From assembly GCA_038496445.1 (NCBI GenBank), contig JALMLS010000414.1:124001-188000 (forward strand): a stretch of 64,000 nucleotides of DNA, in the 5' to 3' direction. Position numbers and translations under genes: made by a program. How positions within the stretch are numbered: the first letter of the stretch is position 1; each line of letters begins with the position of its first letter. Below are positions 10,193 to 24,059 of this stretch, in pieces. This stretch comes from Trichosphaerium sp. ATCC 40318 (Eukaryota > Protista > Tubulinea). Under the pieces are notes generated by a model, which did not search any database, was not told the DNA's origin, and saw only the letters and a program-made list of their open reading frames with translations.

Positions 10193-12692
10193 TTGTGTTG
10201 AGAAGGCAAAAGAATCGTTTAACCGTGACTGATTTTTGACTTGTGCGTTAGCTCTCAGTTTTTCACACCAAATTAGTCAAACATGGAAAGTGTCCCAAAA
10301 AAATGCCACGTTTATTATTTTACACTATTTAAGCAATTTAAAACTTTGTCATACACCATGAACACCACTGCGCATATTCTACAACGGCGCCACTTCTGTC
10401 TGAGCAGCCATTCTCATGAGCTATAATCACACTTTAGCTGCGTCCAATTTGATTCAATTTGGGCACACCATGTGAGTACCACAATTGATGCACCACTTCC
10501 ACCCTGTGCCACCTCTCCGCGCCTGAAAACATACATTCACGACAGGTGTAAATTTGATGGAAGTACCTTTTTTTAGCACTTTTATCTTTTTTCAAATTCG
10601 ATTTTTTCGTTTGGATTCTGCTTGCTTCTTAATACTTTCTTGCTCCTTCTTTTTTGCGCTGTTTTCTGTTAACTTCAGAAGTGATTTGCGAATTCTTTTC
10701 ATAAGGTGCGGGCTTCATTTGTTGTTCAAAATTTTAGGGACACTTTACATGTTTGACTAATTATTGGTTTCACGTTGAGCAGTTCAAAACGGCAAATATT
10801 TGTACTTTGAGAACGCTAGTGTTATACCATTTATTGCTTTGTTTTACCTCTGCGACACCAACACAACTAACAGTATCATAATTAGATGGACACTATACAA
10901 TTCTCTTTTTCCTGAACTACACGGGAATATATCGCCAATAAAGAATAGAGCACGTGTAGAAGAAAGTTCTACAAAACAAAATGAACAAATGTGAAAAAAA
11001 AGACTGTTTAATCGAATGTGTACCTGACTTTAGTGATGAGCAACCAGAAGCGTGCTTGACCAACACATCCTCAACTGAAGATTCATCACAGAATGAATTA
11101 GAGTTAAATAATTCAAATCCGTTAACAACAGAATCAAGTGAAACTGTGAGACTACTAAATGAAGTACATCCTTCAACAATTATCGTTGTATTCTCATCAA
11201 CTGTGATTACAGCACTATCAAACGAAATGTTTCCTTTCATCACACTATTAGTATAACGCATACAGTATGTTAGCATTTGTGAATGCACCTTGTACTTTGA
11301 TGGTGATACCACGCAAGTCTAACTCTCCAACCAACTCAACATTTTGATTCAAGAAGACACAAAAAGTAGTATTTGAACATGTTGCACCAAATGATTCGAG
11401 AGCGATTGCTTGGGTAGTTAATGCTAATGTTGGTGATGATGTTTGTACTGGTGCGCTTGAAGGCTGATTGTATGTTCCGATACATTTACCAGCTTGCCCT
11501 AAACAGGAATTGGAACCTCCATTTGTTCAAACACCTTATGTTTACCTGCTGCGTAGATGCTAGCTACCTCTGCGTCTAGAAGTGTTGCATTATAATATGA
11601 TACCTGCAACTTATTATTAATTAGTAGCAGTTGATTTATACAGTACTTCATCTATTGCAAGCAAAAACCCCTTCTGTCCAATTTCAAATGGTTTTCCGGA
11701 GTGAGTCATACAACATTGGAGTTCAGAACTACTAGTATGACTAACGGCTCCATCAAGATAAAAGATAATCTTGTAGTCAGGCCTAAAAACAATGAGCACA
11801 TAAGGCAAAAACTCTATAACATACTCAGAGAAGGTCAGAGCCACGTGATGCCATTTGCCATCAAGCAGACCAGGCGATGCATCCGGTACAAATTGATTTG
11901 TTCCATTGGATACATAAAGTACTTGCAAACGCGCTTGTAGTGAGACAGATAATAGTATACCACTGCCATTGTACATGTAAAAAAACCATTTGGCATCAAC
12001 GGGTTCAACAATCATGAACCAGAACTCAACAGTGAAATTGCCTACAAATTCAATAACGTTGATTTATGGCTCAAGTTCTATTTCAAAATGGATTGGCTGT
12101 ATAGTTGTAGCGTACTAAAATTGGTGCTGCTCGTTTCATCAATCTTTACTTCAAAAGCTCCTGTTCCATCTAATAACACTCCGTTGCCTACATAGCCCTA
12201 TAGAATGATTTAGCATCCGCAAAAGCAATAGTACGAACAAATAAATCAACGAACAAGTAACGGAGTTTTTGCTCGGAGCACGTGATTAATTGAAAAAAAA
12301 AACGGCAAAAAAAAAGGTAATTTAATTGTATTAAATAGTAATTAATAGCGTCCAAGGTGTATTGATACAGTTACAAAACGAGTCAAAATGAGGTTTTGAG
12401 ACAGGCAACAATATAAACTTACCGCGGAACTGATATCACCTGATGCAGTTGAAAAACGAGAAGTTGAGTTCGTATTGTTTATCGAATTAATTAATAAGTT
12501 ATTTTCGTCTTCGAACTTGTAAAGGGCAACAATAGAATCAGGGGCATTGTAGCATATACTCTGGCATTCTTGGATAGTAAATAAGAGCGCTAGTACAAAG
12601 AACATGTCCGAGTTTGAGAATAACATTTTGTGTTGAGAAGGCAAAAGAATCGTTTAACCGTGACTGATTTTTGACTTGTGCATTAGCTCTAT
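8374..12692. repeat. Tandem segmental duplication (about 8374-10257 vs 10772-12692)
   Basis: Long stretches of near identity in exons, introns and 5' flank; offset about 2.4 kb. Confidence 0.9.
10845..12626 (-). CDS. LamG-domain protein, copy B (tandem paralog, possibly 3'-truncated)
   Basis: Near-identical exons and matching intron positions to copy A (DGKWHHVALTF, FYLDG, AIDEV). Similarity to copy A stops near 10770. Confidence 0.7.
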
Positions 12693-13489
12693 CTCCAAAT
12701 GTAGTACTTTGATATGCCTGGTTAGTTTGGTAAAGCGCTAATGAAAAGTCAGGTGATTTGTTATACTGTTGCTTATGGGTTACAGGATACTTTACCCGAA
12801 GTTTTTCGTTTTGGAAAATCCGAGAATTAAATAAGTCAACAATCGCGTGAGGTGGCTTAAGACAGTTTCAAATCATTCTCTCACATCATTAAAACAATGA
12901 GTTTTACAGGTATTTCGGTAGATCAAGCGATTTTATACTATCAGAAGAACCGTGGAGAGGTATTCAATGCAATAGTTGCTAAACAACGCGAAACATTCGT
13001 AGACCAACTTGAAAGTACCTTAAACAAAGTAAACAAGAGCATTATACAACAACTAGACCAATTTATCTTCAAAAACGTAAACACCAACAGCAACGAAACT
13101 GAACGCCCCAAAACGCAATTAATAGATATCGAGTTAACCAAACGAAGGCAAATAAAAGGGTACAAACCATCGCTTTTTTATCTTTTCGAATAATTTAGCT
13201 ACTTTTCGCCCACACGTGTTGTATTTCAATGAAATCGCATATTTTGGTCGCTTACGAGGCTTGAGTTTTCGTTACTTTCGAACTTCGACGTATTTTCTTT
13301 TGTACAAAATCCGTGCCCTCGCTTTAACTCCAAGTAAAAAACACATGTTTTAGCCCTTTTATCGAACATCTTTACAAGAGAAAAACAGCATGCCATTTTG
13401 TTGTCAGGCAGGCCTCTAACCACTTTCGCAAAGATTAGTATGAACCCTTTTTTTTGACTAATAAAACATTAGGTCTCGTAGGAAAGTCA

Positions 13490-14793
13490 AAGAACCAAAT
13501 ATTCAAGACTTTCCACCTGAAATCATTTCAACTATTCTACGTAATTTGGAAGCACAAGATAGATGTACTGCTGCTCAACTATGTCACTTAATGGCTGATA
13601 TTATTCATCAAGTTGTTGGTTATAAAGAAGTTAATATTTATGACGCTCTAGATATTTTAAAGATAAGACAGTACAAAGCTATCATGAACAACAGTGTAAT
13701 CAAACTGAAGTTATCTAATACTGTGCATTCTTTGCTTGCAGGGTGCCATTCATTGAATCAAGTAGATGATTTTATAAATGATCTTGACCTTAAAGCACTT
13801 GCAGGTGTACATATCATTAACCTTGGTAGTACATATGTAACAGATTCCGGTCTCAAAGAATTGAAAGGTGTTCGTAAGATAAACCTGAACAAATGCCGTA
13901 ATATTACAGATGAAGGTATAAAGGCACTCTCAGGAGTTCATACCATCAACCTTGAAGGTACTCCGGTTACTGATGAAGGCATTAAAGCACTATCAGGAGT
14001 TCATACTATTCGTCTTTCTGAGACAATGGTGACAGATGAAGGTATAAAGGCGCTCTCAGGAGTACATACTATTGGCCTTAGTGGTACTCAAGTTACTGAT
14101 GAAGGCATTAAAGCACTATCAGGAGTTCATACTATTTATCTTTCTGAGACAATAGTGACAGATGAAGGTATAAAAGCACTTTCAGGAGTCCATACCATAT
14201 ATCTCTGTGAAACCCCAGTGACAGATGAAGGGGTCAAGGCACTTTGTGGAGTGCATAGGATTGCACTTGATATGACTGGTGTGACAGATGAAGGTATGAT
14301 TGCACTTAAAGGAGCTCATACTATTAGTCTTATGGATACTCAAGTTACTGATGAAGGTCTTGAAGTACTTTCTGGAGTGCCAGCTCTTGATATTGCCTTT
14401 TGTGATCGAGTAACAGATGAAGGCATAATGGCGCTGAAAGGGATTTGTGCCATTAATGTTTCTAACACTTCAGTCACTGATGAAGGCATCAAACATCTAA
14501 AAGGTGTTCATGCCATTGATGTTTCTCACACTTCAGTTACTGATGAAGGCATCAAACATCTAAAAGGTGTTCATACCATTTCTCTCGCACACACATCAGT
14601 TACTGATGAAGGCATTAAAGAGTTAAATGGTGTTCATACTCTAAATGTTATTGGTTGTGATGAAGTGTCTGATGCAGGTATTATAGCACTTGAAGGTCTT
14701 GATTCTATTGCCTATGATCAACTGTCAATCACACCAGAGACAGTAAAAGACGTTAAGAAAATAGACAGTGTGACTATTAGTATTTTCAGCTAA
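13490..14793 (+). CDS. F-box + LRR ('GVHTI' repeat) protein, intact main exon; upstream exon(s) possibly from 12897
   Basis: After a cgtag acceptor the frame reads IQDFPPEIISTILRNLEAQDRCTAAQLCHLM (F-box), followed by about 14 GVHTIxLxxTxVTDEGIKAL repeats. Confidence 0.85.
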
Positions 14794-15781
14794 AAACGGA
14801 GCAATTCTCAGATCTTGTGAATAAACAAGAAGTTAATAGATAATAGTGTTGGTTCCATTTAAGCCATACTACCTCATTTTATCAAACGCGTGTTTATTGC
14901 AACTCTCTTTAAAAGCATACGGAACTTTGTAATGCTTCAAATATAAACTACAACTATACTGTAGTAGCTTGCATGCAACATCAAGTACTTGTACTGTACT
15001 TGTACTACACTTGTACTACAATTGTTGTAGCACCCATAAGGACCAATGTTACCTCACCAGCTGATGCAAACTATATTGGACCTTATAACTTCTCATAAGA
15101 GCATAGCTCTTTTTGAAAGTGGAGAAGGAGTTAGTTCAACTTTTTTTAGTTCGTCATTGCTCAAAACCTACACCTTCATCCTTAGAGTTGGTATGATAGG
15201 CGCTAGTACGCTACTATAACAATGTTTTACTCGGAAACTTGAAGTAAATACTTGCAGTGATGAACAAAACCGAGCTTCAAAAATGGATTGTTGATGTTGA
15301 TAATCTGAAACATAAAGTATTTACCTGACTTCCCACCTCAAAAGTTTTTTACTTGGAATTGACGTGGATTATCAACAAAATAGATTATCGAAATAATATA
15401 GGTCAAAGTCCGTTGATCTTAGAGCTCGGATAAGTTGTTTGAAGATTCTCTATCCATTTTTTAAACGTGCGCCCAAAGCAGGCATGTAACGTATACAAAA
15501 GAAGGGCCACTTTGTGGCTATGGGTTCAGCAAGTTGACAGAAGCCTCAAGTTCAATAAAAGCAAGTTCAAAATTCCAGATTGGCGATTTTACACTTCGGT
15601 CTAGAAAGTTAGCTGTAGCATCTCGGAAAACGACTGCTACTGCACCAGGTGTTTGTGGACGGGTAGATGCAAACAACTCGGACAATTAGTACGAGCTTTG
15701 TCCAAAGTTAAGCGCTATTTTCCTTGTTAGGTTCGCTTAAAAAAATCATTCGTACTCCATAACATCCAACACTTCCGTACC

Positions 15782-16171
15782 ATGCGTATTCTTATTTTAG
15801 CCATTATACTCTCTTCTCTAGCATATCTATCAATCGCTACCATTTGTAAGCAAGACTGCTCTCAGTTTAACGATCTTTGCAAAGACGCTCATATCGACCC
15901 TGAAATATGCAATGCTACTTTCGTTGCTTGCAACCAAGCTTGCGATAGCTGGACTCCTTCCGTACAAGACGATGTAGCAATTTCTGAAGAGAAAGGAGCA
16001 ACAACAGATATAACAGCACTACAGAAACAACTCAGCGTTGGTGATTGGCCTAAAGCATGCGAGGTTGTATGTTTGTGGATTGCGTTTATTTGCCAACTAG
16101 CTCATGTACCAGACCCTGTATGTGCTCCACCAGTCGGTATTTGTATGAAAATATCATGCGGCAATCAATAA
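15782..16171 (+). CDS. Small secreted cysteine-rich protein with two 6-Cys modules
   Basis: Signal peptide MRILILAIILSSLAYLSIA. Two C-x3-C-x6-C-x9-C-x6-C-x3/4-C modules are separated by an acidic linker. Intronless. Confidence 0.8.
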   Translation: MRILILAIILSSLAYLSIATICKQDCSQFNDLCKDAHIDPEICNATFVACNQACDSWTPSVQDDVAISEEKGATTDITALQKQLSVGDWPKACEVVCLWIAFICQLAHVPDPVCAPPVGICMKISCGNQ

Positions 16172-16970
16172 ACTCGCTAAACGTGTAAATAAGCTCACAT
16201 TTCTGCATTTGTTTTTTTTCTTCTTTTCGAATGCCAACCTGCGAATGTTGTTGTGGATGAGTCAATAGCCGCCCTCAAAGTATCCATGGTAACATCCTTA
16301 GCTGTGTTTTTGTTTCCAAATTGGCCTTTCTATGTCAGGTTAGACTGAAACGCCAGTAAATTCTTTGAGAGTAGATTATTAATAGATGTGCCAACAAGAC
16401 AGATTTTTGTATGTGTGACACTGGCGCGTTGCAATAGAGCTTTTGCTTTTTAGGCCGAAACCTTAACGCTTTCGTATCTGATAGTGTCGTGACTGATAGA
16501 AGCAAAGCGATGACATGTATGACAAGCCGAAAATCGTGCTTTGTCGTCTAGCGTAAAATATGAGCTAATATCTCTGTAGGGAAGTCCAGAATACTTGTTT
16601 CTGCACTTAGCACTGCGTTTATAAAAACAAACGAAAACGGAAACGTTTGGTCACCAAAGGTTGCGAGCATCAAAAACCGCTGTAGACTGTGAGTTTAGTT
16701 ACAATCAAGGCAAAGTAGTGGTGTTCGGAAAACACTTTTTTGCCACGTGAGTCAACTTATGCACAAAAACAGTACAACGAAAACTTGTAGTTTCTTATTT
16801 TCGAATGAAACAAGCAGCTTACTACTCTGTAAGTAAGCATTAGTTCCAAGTCTGTTTTGGGTTCTTTCACCGGAGTTTTTCTGTACTGGTAAATATTTCT
16901 GGTATCACGTGATAGAATTTAGTAGACTAAAGATTATTTAGTTTTTTTCGTAGATATCACATAAATTACG

Positions 16971-19900
16971 ATGGGCGCTTGCTCTGTTGTTACCCTGGTA
17001 CTATTTTTTGCAGGTACGATAATGAAAAATAACTACAAAAAAACCAACCGTCGTGACTACCGTATATCACGTGATTAGCGTATATCAGGTTCGTATACTT
17101 ATATATTCTATTATAGCGCTTGCGTCATGCCAAAATTACTTCTGGGACAACGACGAGGGTAATCCCTTACCTCTGGGTACAGACGCCACGGAAGCAGGGG
17201 CGTGGAGCATAACGTACTGTTTCCAATTTCCCTTTATCTCCTTTTTTTTTTTTTTTGAACACAAACCAGTCTAAACTGTATTACGCTATCGCACGCTCGT
17301 TTTAACAAAAAAAAAGAAGTAATACGTTAAATAACAAGTGTGTAAATTGGTTTTGTACGACCAGTCTATTTTTTGTTTACCATACGCGCACGTGACGCAA
17401 AAAATAATACAGAACTTCCTTTGTTGTTTCAATTTTTTTTGGTTTTCATTTTTTTGTCGTCATTTGTGATTAATGCAAGACTAAAATCAAGGAGTAATTC
17501 TCGTTTATACCTTTGTGATATTACACCTAGCTCCTCATACATACAAAACAGATCTTTGATTCGTACCTATGTCGTTTTCTTACTAACACTGAAAAAAAGG
17601 CCACCTCCCGGTGATATCTTTCCTTCCAAAGGAGATCAAGTTGTAGCTATTAATCCATTCACATCCAGTCCTAGCACTCCAAAATCTATTACGTTTGGTG
17701 TAGGCAAGTACAGTAAACTACACCTTTTGGCACTTTATCCTAATTTCGTTTTTTGAAAAAAATAACTGACACATTTGTTAAGACCCTTCAACCGTTGGCG
17801 CGCCCCCTGTTACTTCATTAAGGTTCCTATCAAATAATAGTAATGCAAATTGAAAGTATACTTATTATATTAGGCATCACCTATGGGTTAAAGCAAATAT
17901 TGAAGTGAATACAACAATGGTACGTGACAAAAAAAGTTACTTTTTTGTTAACAACCACGAATCCTTGTTTGTTTAAAATCGCAAGTTTCATGTTTTATAC
18001 GGGTTGCTTATATATTTTAATCTAAGAATTTCATGAATCCATGTCAAGGATTGGTTATAAACGAATATTGTACGAGAAACTTAAAAATATATTCAAAGAT
18101 TTTCTAACTTGACTGACATCTTCATCAAGCGGTTGAGCAGCAAGGAATTTTTCTCAACTTAATAGCTGCTGGAAATGGGGTACCTATAACATTCGATGAT
18201 TCCTCTACTGTCAGTATTGATAGGCCGTTCTTGTACGTACTTTCGCGTAAGAATTTCTATCTTTTTTTTGTTTTACTCTGAAGTGGACATAACTCAGATC
18301 CGCCCTAGTACCTCTATTTCTGTCGATTCAGGTGAATTCAACTTTAAAACGAAAATTGCAACGGAGCCAGTACGTATTCAATTTTTTTACTGTTTGTAGC
18401 CATTATGTGAACTTGTTTTTGTGTCTTACTATTTTTTTACCAAAAACCTTTTTTTGGAAAGTAACACAAAAACATCAAATTTTGCCCCTGTTGTAATATG
18501 AAACCATGCATCATTATTTAGTACACAACCACTAATAGAACTCAACTCGAAAAGCTGCTTATAGCAAGTGAAGCTGTATAACAACTTAACAAAACTTGTT
18601 CTTTTCTAATTTTTTTGTAATGTACTAACGATTCTTAACTAGTATCCTCTCATTAGCCTTGGATCACCGACAGCTGAACTTGGAAGACCGATTCTTGAAT
18701 TCGAGCAAATTCAGTCAACAACGTTGGATTCATGGGATGTTGATATAAAAGGAGGAACTTTAAAGGCAACACCTGCAACAATGCAAATTGTCACTTCAAA
18801 TAATGCTGAAGTAATTTGGAAAATACGGTCTCTGTTTGTTGATCGCTCTGGTGGGTTCGATGTAACTCATACTGGAGATGGTCAGGTCTCTATGGAGGCA
18901 AATAGTTGCAGGTAAGCAAAACCGTATATTCATCATACATACTTGTCACCTGACTTTTCGAATATAGTTTTACAAGAGGTGTTACAACACTTTCTTTTGG
19001 AGACACTATGTGCGGACAAGTCATGATTTTACCGGATGCTACCTTATTTAGTGACAACGTATGTTGTACATTCGTATTAGAACGAACAGACAACTGATTC
19101 AAAGCTTCCACAACTTTTTGCGCTAACTTTTTTTGAAAACAGGTAAACACTACACTAACAACTGTAACTGGTGGTGGCACACTTAGAGTTTCTTCTAATA
19201 CTATTACTATAACCGACGAAGTGCAAAATATAGACCTAGAGATAAATGATGGTTCTATAATAGCATCAACAATAAACGGTGGTAGTGTAGCGTTTAGTAC
19301 GTGGAAATGTAAATAAGTTGAGTTTAACACGTGATCATAGGTGGATCAACAGGAAGTCTTCAGCTCTCAGGCAAAACATCATTGTCCTCAGTATCAATGC
19401 AAACCGGAAGCTTTACATTGGAAGGAGGTCATATCGCTACTGAAAGCTACACTAGTTCGCAACCATCAGAGCTTCAAATCAAAGAAAATGCAAGGATTGA
19501 TTTGAACGGTACACTATTTTTTTTCCGAAAACACTAACTTCTCCTTTCTTCCAGGAACGGTCAATCGATTCGTTTCAACTCTTCAAGGTGGTTCAATAGG
19601 TCTTATAGCACCTTTGACAGCTACAGATAGTATCACAGGAACAGGATCTGTTTATCTTCTAGCAGGTTTGTGATTTCTTCAAACATCTTGTTTTTTTCTT
19701 ACAAAATCTCAAGGGACTTTTTCAACCACGACTGGCATCGCCACTACTTTGGATATCGTAGTAAATGGCGCATCATTTGTCTATGGATCGGGTGAACCAA
19801 TATCTAATAAGATAGTACTACAAACTGGCACTGTGACCTGGAACGGCCAGACAACCTCGAATATAGATATTATGGCTCCAGAAAATCCAGAAGATAGAGT

Positions 19901-22900
19901 TGAAGTTTCAGGCGACATCACAGTCACCACATTGTCGGCTGGAGGAGCCAATGTATTTTATAGGTAATCAGGAACGTAGCTCACGCTAGTTAATGTGAAA
20001 ATAGTTCTGGCACGTGGACAATCACAAACGGGACGATTGTTGGTTCAGGAGACTTGGAAATTGACTCCACAGCACAGATTATCAGCAATGGTGCTGTTAC
20101 CTTTGATGTTGGTACAGGAAACGTCTTCAACATAAAAGGACAAGGTACTTGGATGCTAAGTGAATTGCATGTGAGTTCCGGAACTGTTGTAATAGACGGA
20201 CCAATGCTTCAAGGAGCAGGTGAGTTGATGAAGCTAAAAAAAAAAAGTGCTTTTCTAAAGGTTTTTACAGGTGTGAATTCTGTACGTATATCGGGCGATG
20301 GTCATCTTGAAATAAGAAATAATATGCATCAATTGAGTACAATAACCATTTCTGACAGTGGTATTTTAACTTTTAATGTCGCTGCGGTACGAAACTTCGT
20401 TTTTTTCTAAAAGGTCACTGACACTTCTTGTCTTCAGAGTGTTACTTCAAGCGCGCTCCGTCTAGATGGTGGCGAATTCAAAGCTGTTTCTACTTCAACT
20501 AAGAGACAAATGCCCATCACTTCGTTCATAACTGATAGTATCACGTGGGCTGGTGGGCGTATAAATACTGGAAGTTTTATACTAAATATTGACAATTTAA
20601 CAATCGAAGAAACAGCTGTTCAAAAGGAGCTTGATGGTATTATTAGTATAAAATCAGCTCTTGATTTTAGTTCAAGTACAACGTATACACTTTCTGGTGC
20701 ATTAGGAACAAAGTAAGTACTGCCTGTACCTCAGACAAAACAACAACAAAAAAAAGGATATTTTGCTATTTTATTTTTTTTTGTTTATCTTTCACGTTCC
20801 GTTTGTACAGCACATAGGTAGCCAACTTTTATTTTAAACAACAGTCATATATTTCATTAAGTAAAAGAAGAGTTTTTTCACTGAAGTGATAGACACTAGT
20901 TTTCATCACTTGAAAGCAAAAATATTGAACTTTATTTTTATTCTTATTGATTTATTTTAGTGCCTTCGTTATGGATATCCCTTATACATTCGAAGCAGGG
21001 ACATATGACCTAGAAGTTGACGTTATATTCAATCAAGATGTTACTATAAGTCAAGGTGTTACAGTAACACTCCAAGCAGTTAACCTTGTACGAAGTCCAA
21101 ACAACCACAAAAAAAACTTTAAAATCTCTATGTATCATTTTCTGGCATCAGAAACCATAATTTACAGTTTCCCTAAGGTGGCCGGTAATACAATGATATA
21201 CGAGGGAAGAATGAATACAAACACATTTGTCATAAACGGCAGATTTATTGGAAGAGGAACTTTGGGTGGAGATATAACAAATAGTGGTACCCTGGAGATA
21301 GGTGCAGTTGGTGATCCTCCACCTCAAGTTATCAGTATCACTGGAGATTATGCTCAAGATGGTATACTATCTTTAGATGCTGGAGGAGAAGGTACGAAGC
21401 TTTTTCCTTTATTACTAAATTCTCCGTGTTTCTGATTTGGTTTCTCAAGTGGCTGACTCTATTGCTGCGTCTGGTGGCGTTTTTCTGAGCGGGACATTAG
21501 TTCTTAATCTTTCCAGTAATATCACATCTGATTTAATCAATATCATAACATCTGGAGTGCCATCAAACGAGCCTGGACAGTTCATTAGGTACGCGAAACT
21601 AATAAATAAGATTATACATGGCTGACTTTGTTACTTTTAGTGTTATTGGTGGTGCAGGTCTTCGTGTGACTTATACGAATGGTGCTAGGTTAGCTCAAGG
21701 ATGTAGTGTATTAGGGGCTTGTGGTATATGTCTCGAAGTTAGTTGTGGTTGGTGCTCAGCATCTGACTGGCCAGACGATGATAGATGTATAGACCTTCAA
21801 TTTCCAACAAACTGCACCGACATAAGAAGTGCGTTGAACAACAAAACCATGTTCACCTTTTTGTCTCTTCATATCACGTGATTTTGAAGAAACGAGCTTG
21901 ATCCTCTTCTTTTGTATTGATGAATCTGTTTAGGAGAAGAATGTGTTCCTACGACATCAGACACGAGGATTGCTGCTATTGTTGTACCGATTGTCATCGT
22001 TTTGTTGATACTGATTGCAATACTTGTCGTTTGGTTTGTTATACGTCGTAAGGCATATGGTGTTCGTAATATATTGAAGAATAAGCCTTCTCATCCTGAT
22101 TTCGCTCCTATCGCTTTTGGTCCAGTTATATGTAGTTCAAGGGTGCGTTTGCTTCCAGAAGATTTTTTTGATGTTTTTCTTTTTTTTTCTTCGGAATTTC
22201 CGCCCTTTATGTACTTCGTTCGCCTTCTTTCAAAGTTCATATCATCAACTATATTAAGTGCTACAATCAATACTAAACTTTAAACTAAAATTACCAGCAT
22301 GTTTGCGAACAACAATGATAAAAAGAATTGAATATTTACTTTTTTGTTTTAGATTGCCAAGAAAGACCTACCACGTGTTGCTGATTTAAGTGAACTCAAA
22401 GATTTATTACTTGCAGATGATTTAGTGCTCGCAGACGTCGTTGCTGATGCAACAAAGTCAACAGAGCAAGATGATATTGCACGTGCAATGGTTTATACTT
22501 TCGAGTCTGAAATGACAAGTATAAATTTAATCAAACATTTCATCTCAAGAGAAGTACGTCACACCCTCTGTTTTCAAACATCGATTCTGTGTATCCTCTA
22601 GTGATAAATAGTTATCCGCATTAGCGATCTTAGCCATCTTTTGTTGGCCTAGTAGTCCACAAAACAGAGTTTTTTGCACTTTTTTAAAAAACTTTTTTTG
22701 TTAACAAATGGTGTTAGGTTGCTGCAGCAGAGTCGGATTCTACTTTATTTAGATCAAATAGTATGGCCTCAAAAATGCTCAAGTTTTATTCTAAACTTGT
22801 TGGCCTTAAATATCTTTGGGATACACTTAGTGATGATGTTTACATTCTCATGGAAACACTTAAAGGTTTGTGATCTAGATTTTTTGCACAAGTTTTAATC

Positions 22901-24059
22901 TAATCTTCTTTGTAGCTGATAGAGACGATGAAGTTTCTTATAATGTTGGTGATCAATTTACATTTGAGTTGGATCCACATCTAAAAGATGATTGGGAGGA
23001 TATAAGGTTAGCAAAAAGATCTTTGTTTTAAAGTTAATTTCTTGGAATGATAGAATATCTTTTTTGTTCGTTTGTTAACAGCTACTTACACAAATGTCTT
23101 TTAGAATCAATAAATATCAGCTCTTACTCACTGCACAGAAGATACTAACACGCATAATTCGCTCAATTGATGACGTACCAGTGTACGACGATTTTCTGGT
23201 TTAAACCCATTCCCAAATTTTTCTCAACAAAAAAGCGCTCGAAGTGTCATGGCTCTATATTCTTCTAACCCATCCACTAACAAATAAATAATAGAGAATT
23301 CAGAGCTATATGCGCTCATCTACAACGAGAAATCCAAACTCGGTACATAACACAAGAAATCGCTTAACAAAGCCACAAGATCTTAACCTTAATAATTTAG
23401 GTTCAAAGACGCAAAGTACACAGCGATAGGTGGATTCATCTTTCTTCGTTTCTTTAATCCTGCTATTAACTTGCCTGAATCTTATGGATTATCTCGTGAT
23501 CCACCTTCAAAGGAAGCAAGACGTGTGTTTGTACTTATAACAAAGACTCTACAGAGCTTAGCAAACGGGATTGAGCTTGGAGGGAAAGAACCACATATGT
23601 CAAAGTTGAATGCTTTCATTGATGATAACCAAGACGAGATTAGAGATTGGTTTGATGATATTGCGACTATGCCTATGGGTACTAGTGAAGATGATGATTT
23701 TGTACCTACAGCTATACCACAGGATGTAGAGGTATGTTAAAAAGTGTCACTCTTATTGTTTTAATATTTTTTTTTTCTTTTCAGGCAATTTGTCTGGCAA
23801 ACATTTACAGGCATGTATTCTTGAACAAAAATAAAATCACAAAGGCTCTTGATGAAGTACGTACTTTTTATATTATTCAAAACCGTTTTTGTTACGAAAA
23901 AATTAAGAGAAACTTCAGTTTTGTTTTTTTTTTTTTTTTTTTGAAACAAAACGTGATTATTCTTATTTTGTGATTTAGGGTCTCAGAGGTGAAATAGAGT
24001 CTCTTGTTGACAGGATAGGAGATCCTCTTGAGATTATAAGAGATAGAAGTAATTATTAA
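16971..24059 (+). CDS. Single-pass receptor-like RasGAP: signal peptide, G/T/S-rich beta-solenoid ectodomain, PSI-like Cys module, TM helix, RasGAP domain (many exons)
   Basis: PSI-like CSVLGACGICLEVSCGWCS..C at 21700-21820. TM IAAIVVPIVIVLLILIAILVVWFVIRRK. Arginine finger TLFRSNSMASKM near 22742. Signature GGFIFLRFFNPAINLPESYGL near 23430, then LITKTLQSLANG. Stop at 24059. Confidence 0.85.

Noticed and set aside
8810-12120. Frameshifts in the LamG paralogs
   Set aside because: The indels examined fall inside GT-AG introns.
13546-14793. Diversity-generating retroelement acting on the LRR repeats
   Set aside because: No template/variable repeat pair, differences are not adenine-specific and no DGR-type RT is present.
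14984-15020. Short GTACTT/GTACTAC tandem repeat
   Set aside because: Low-copy degenerate microsatellite with no associated structure.
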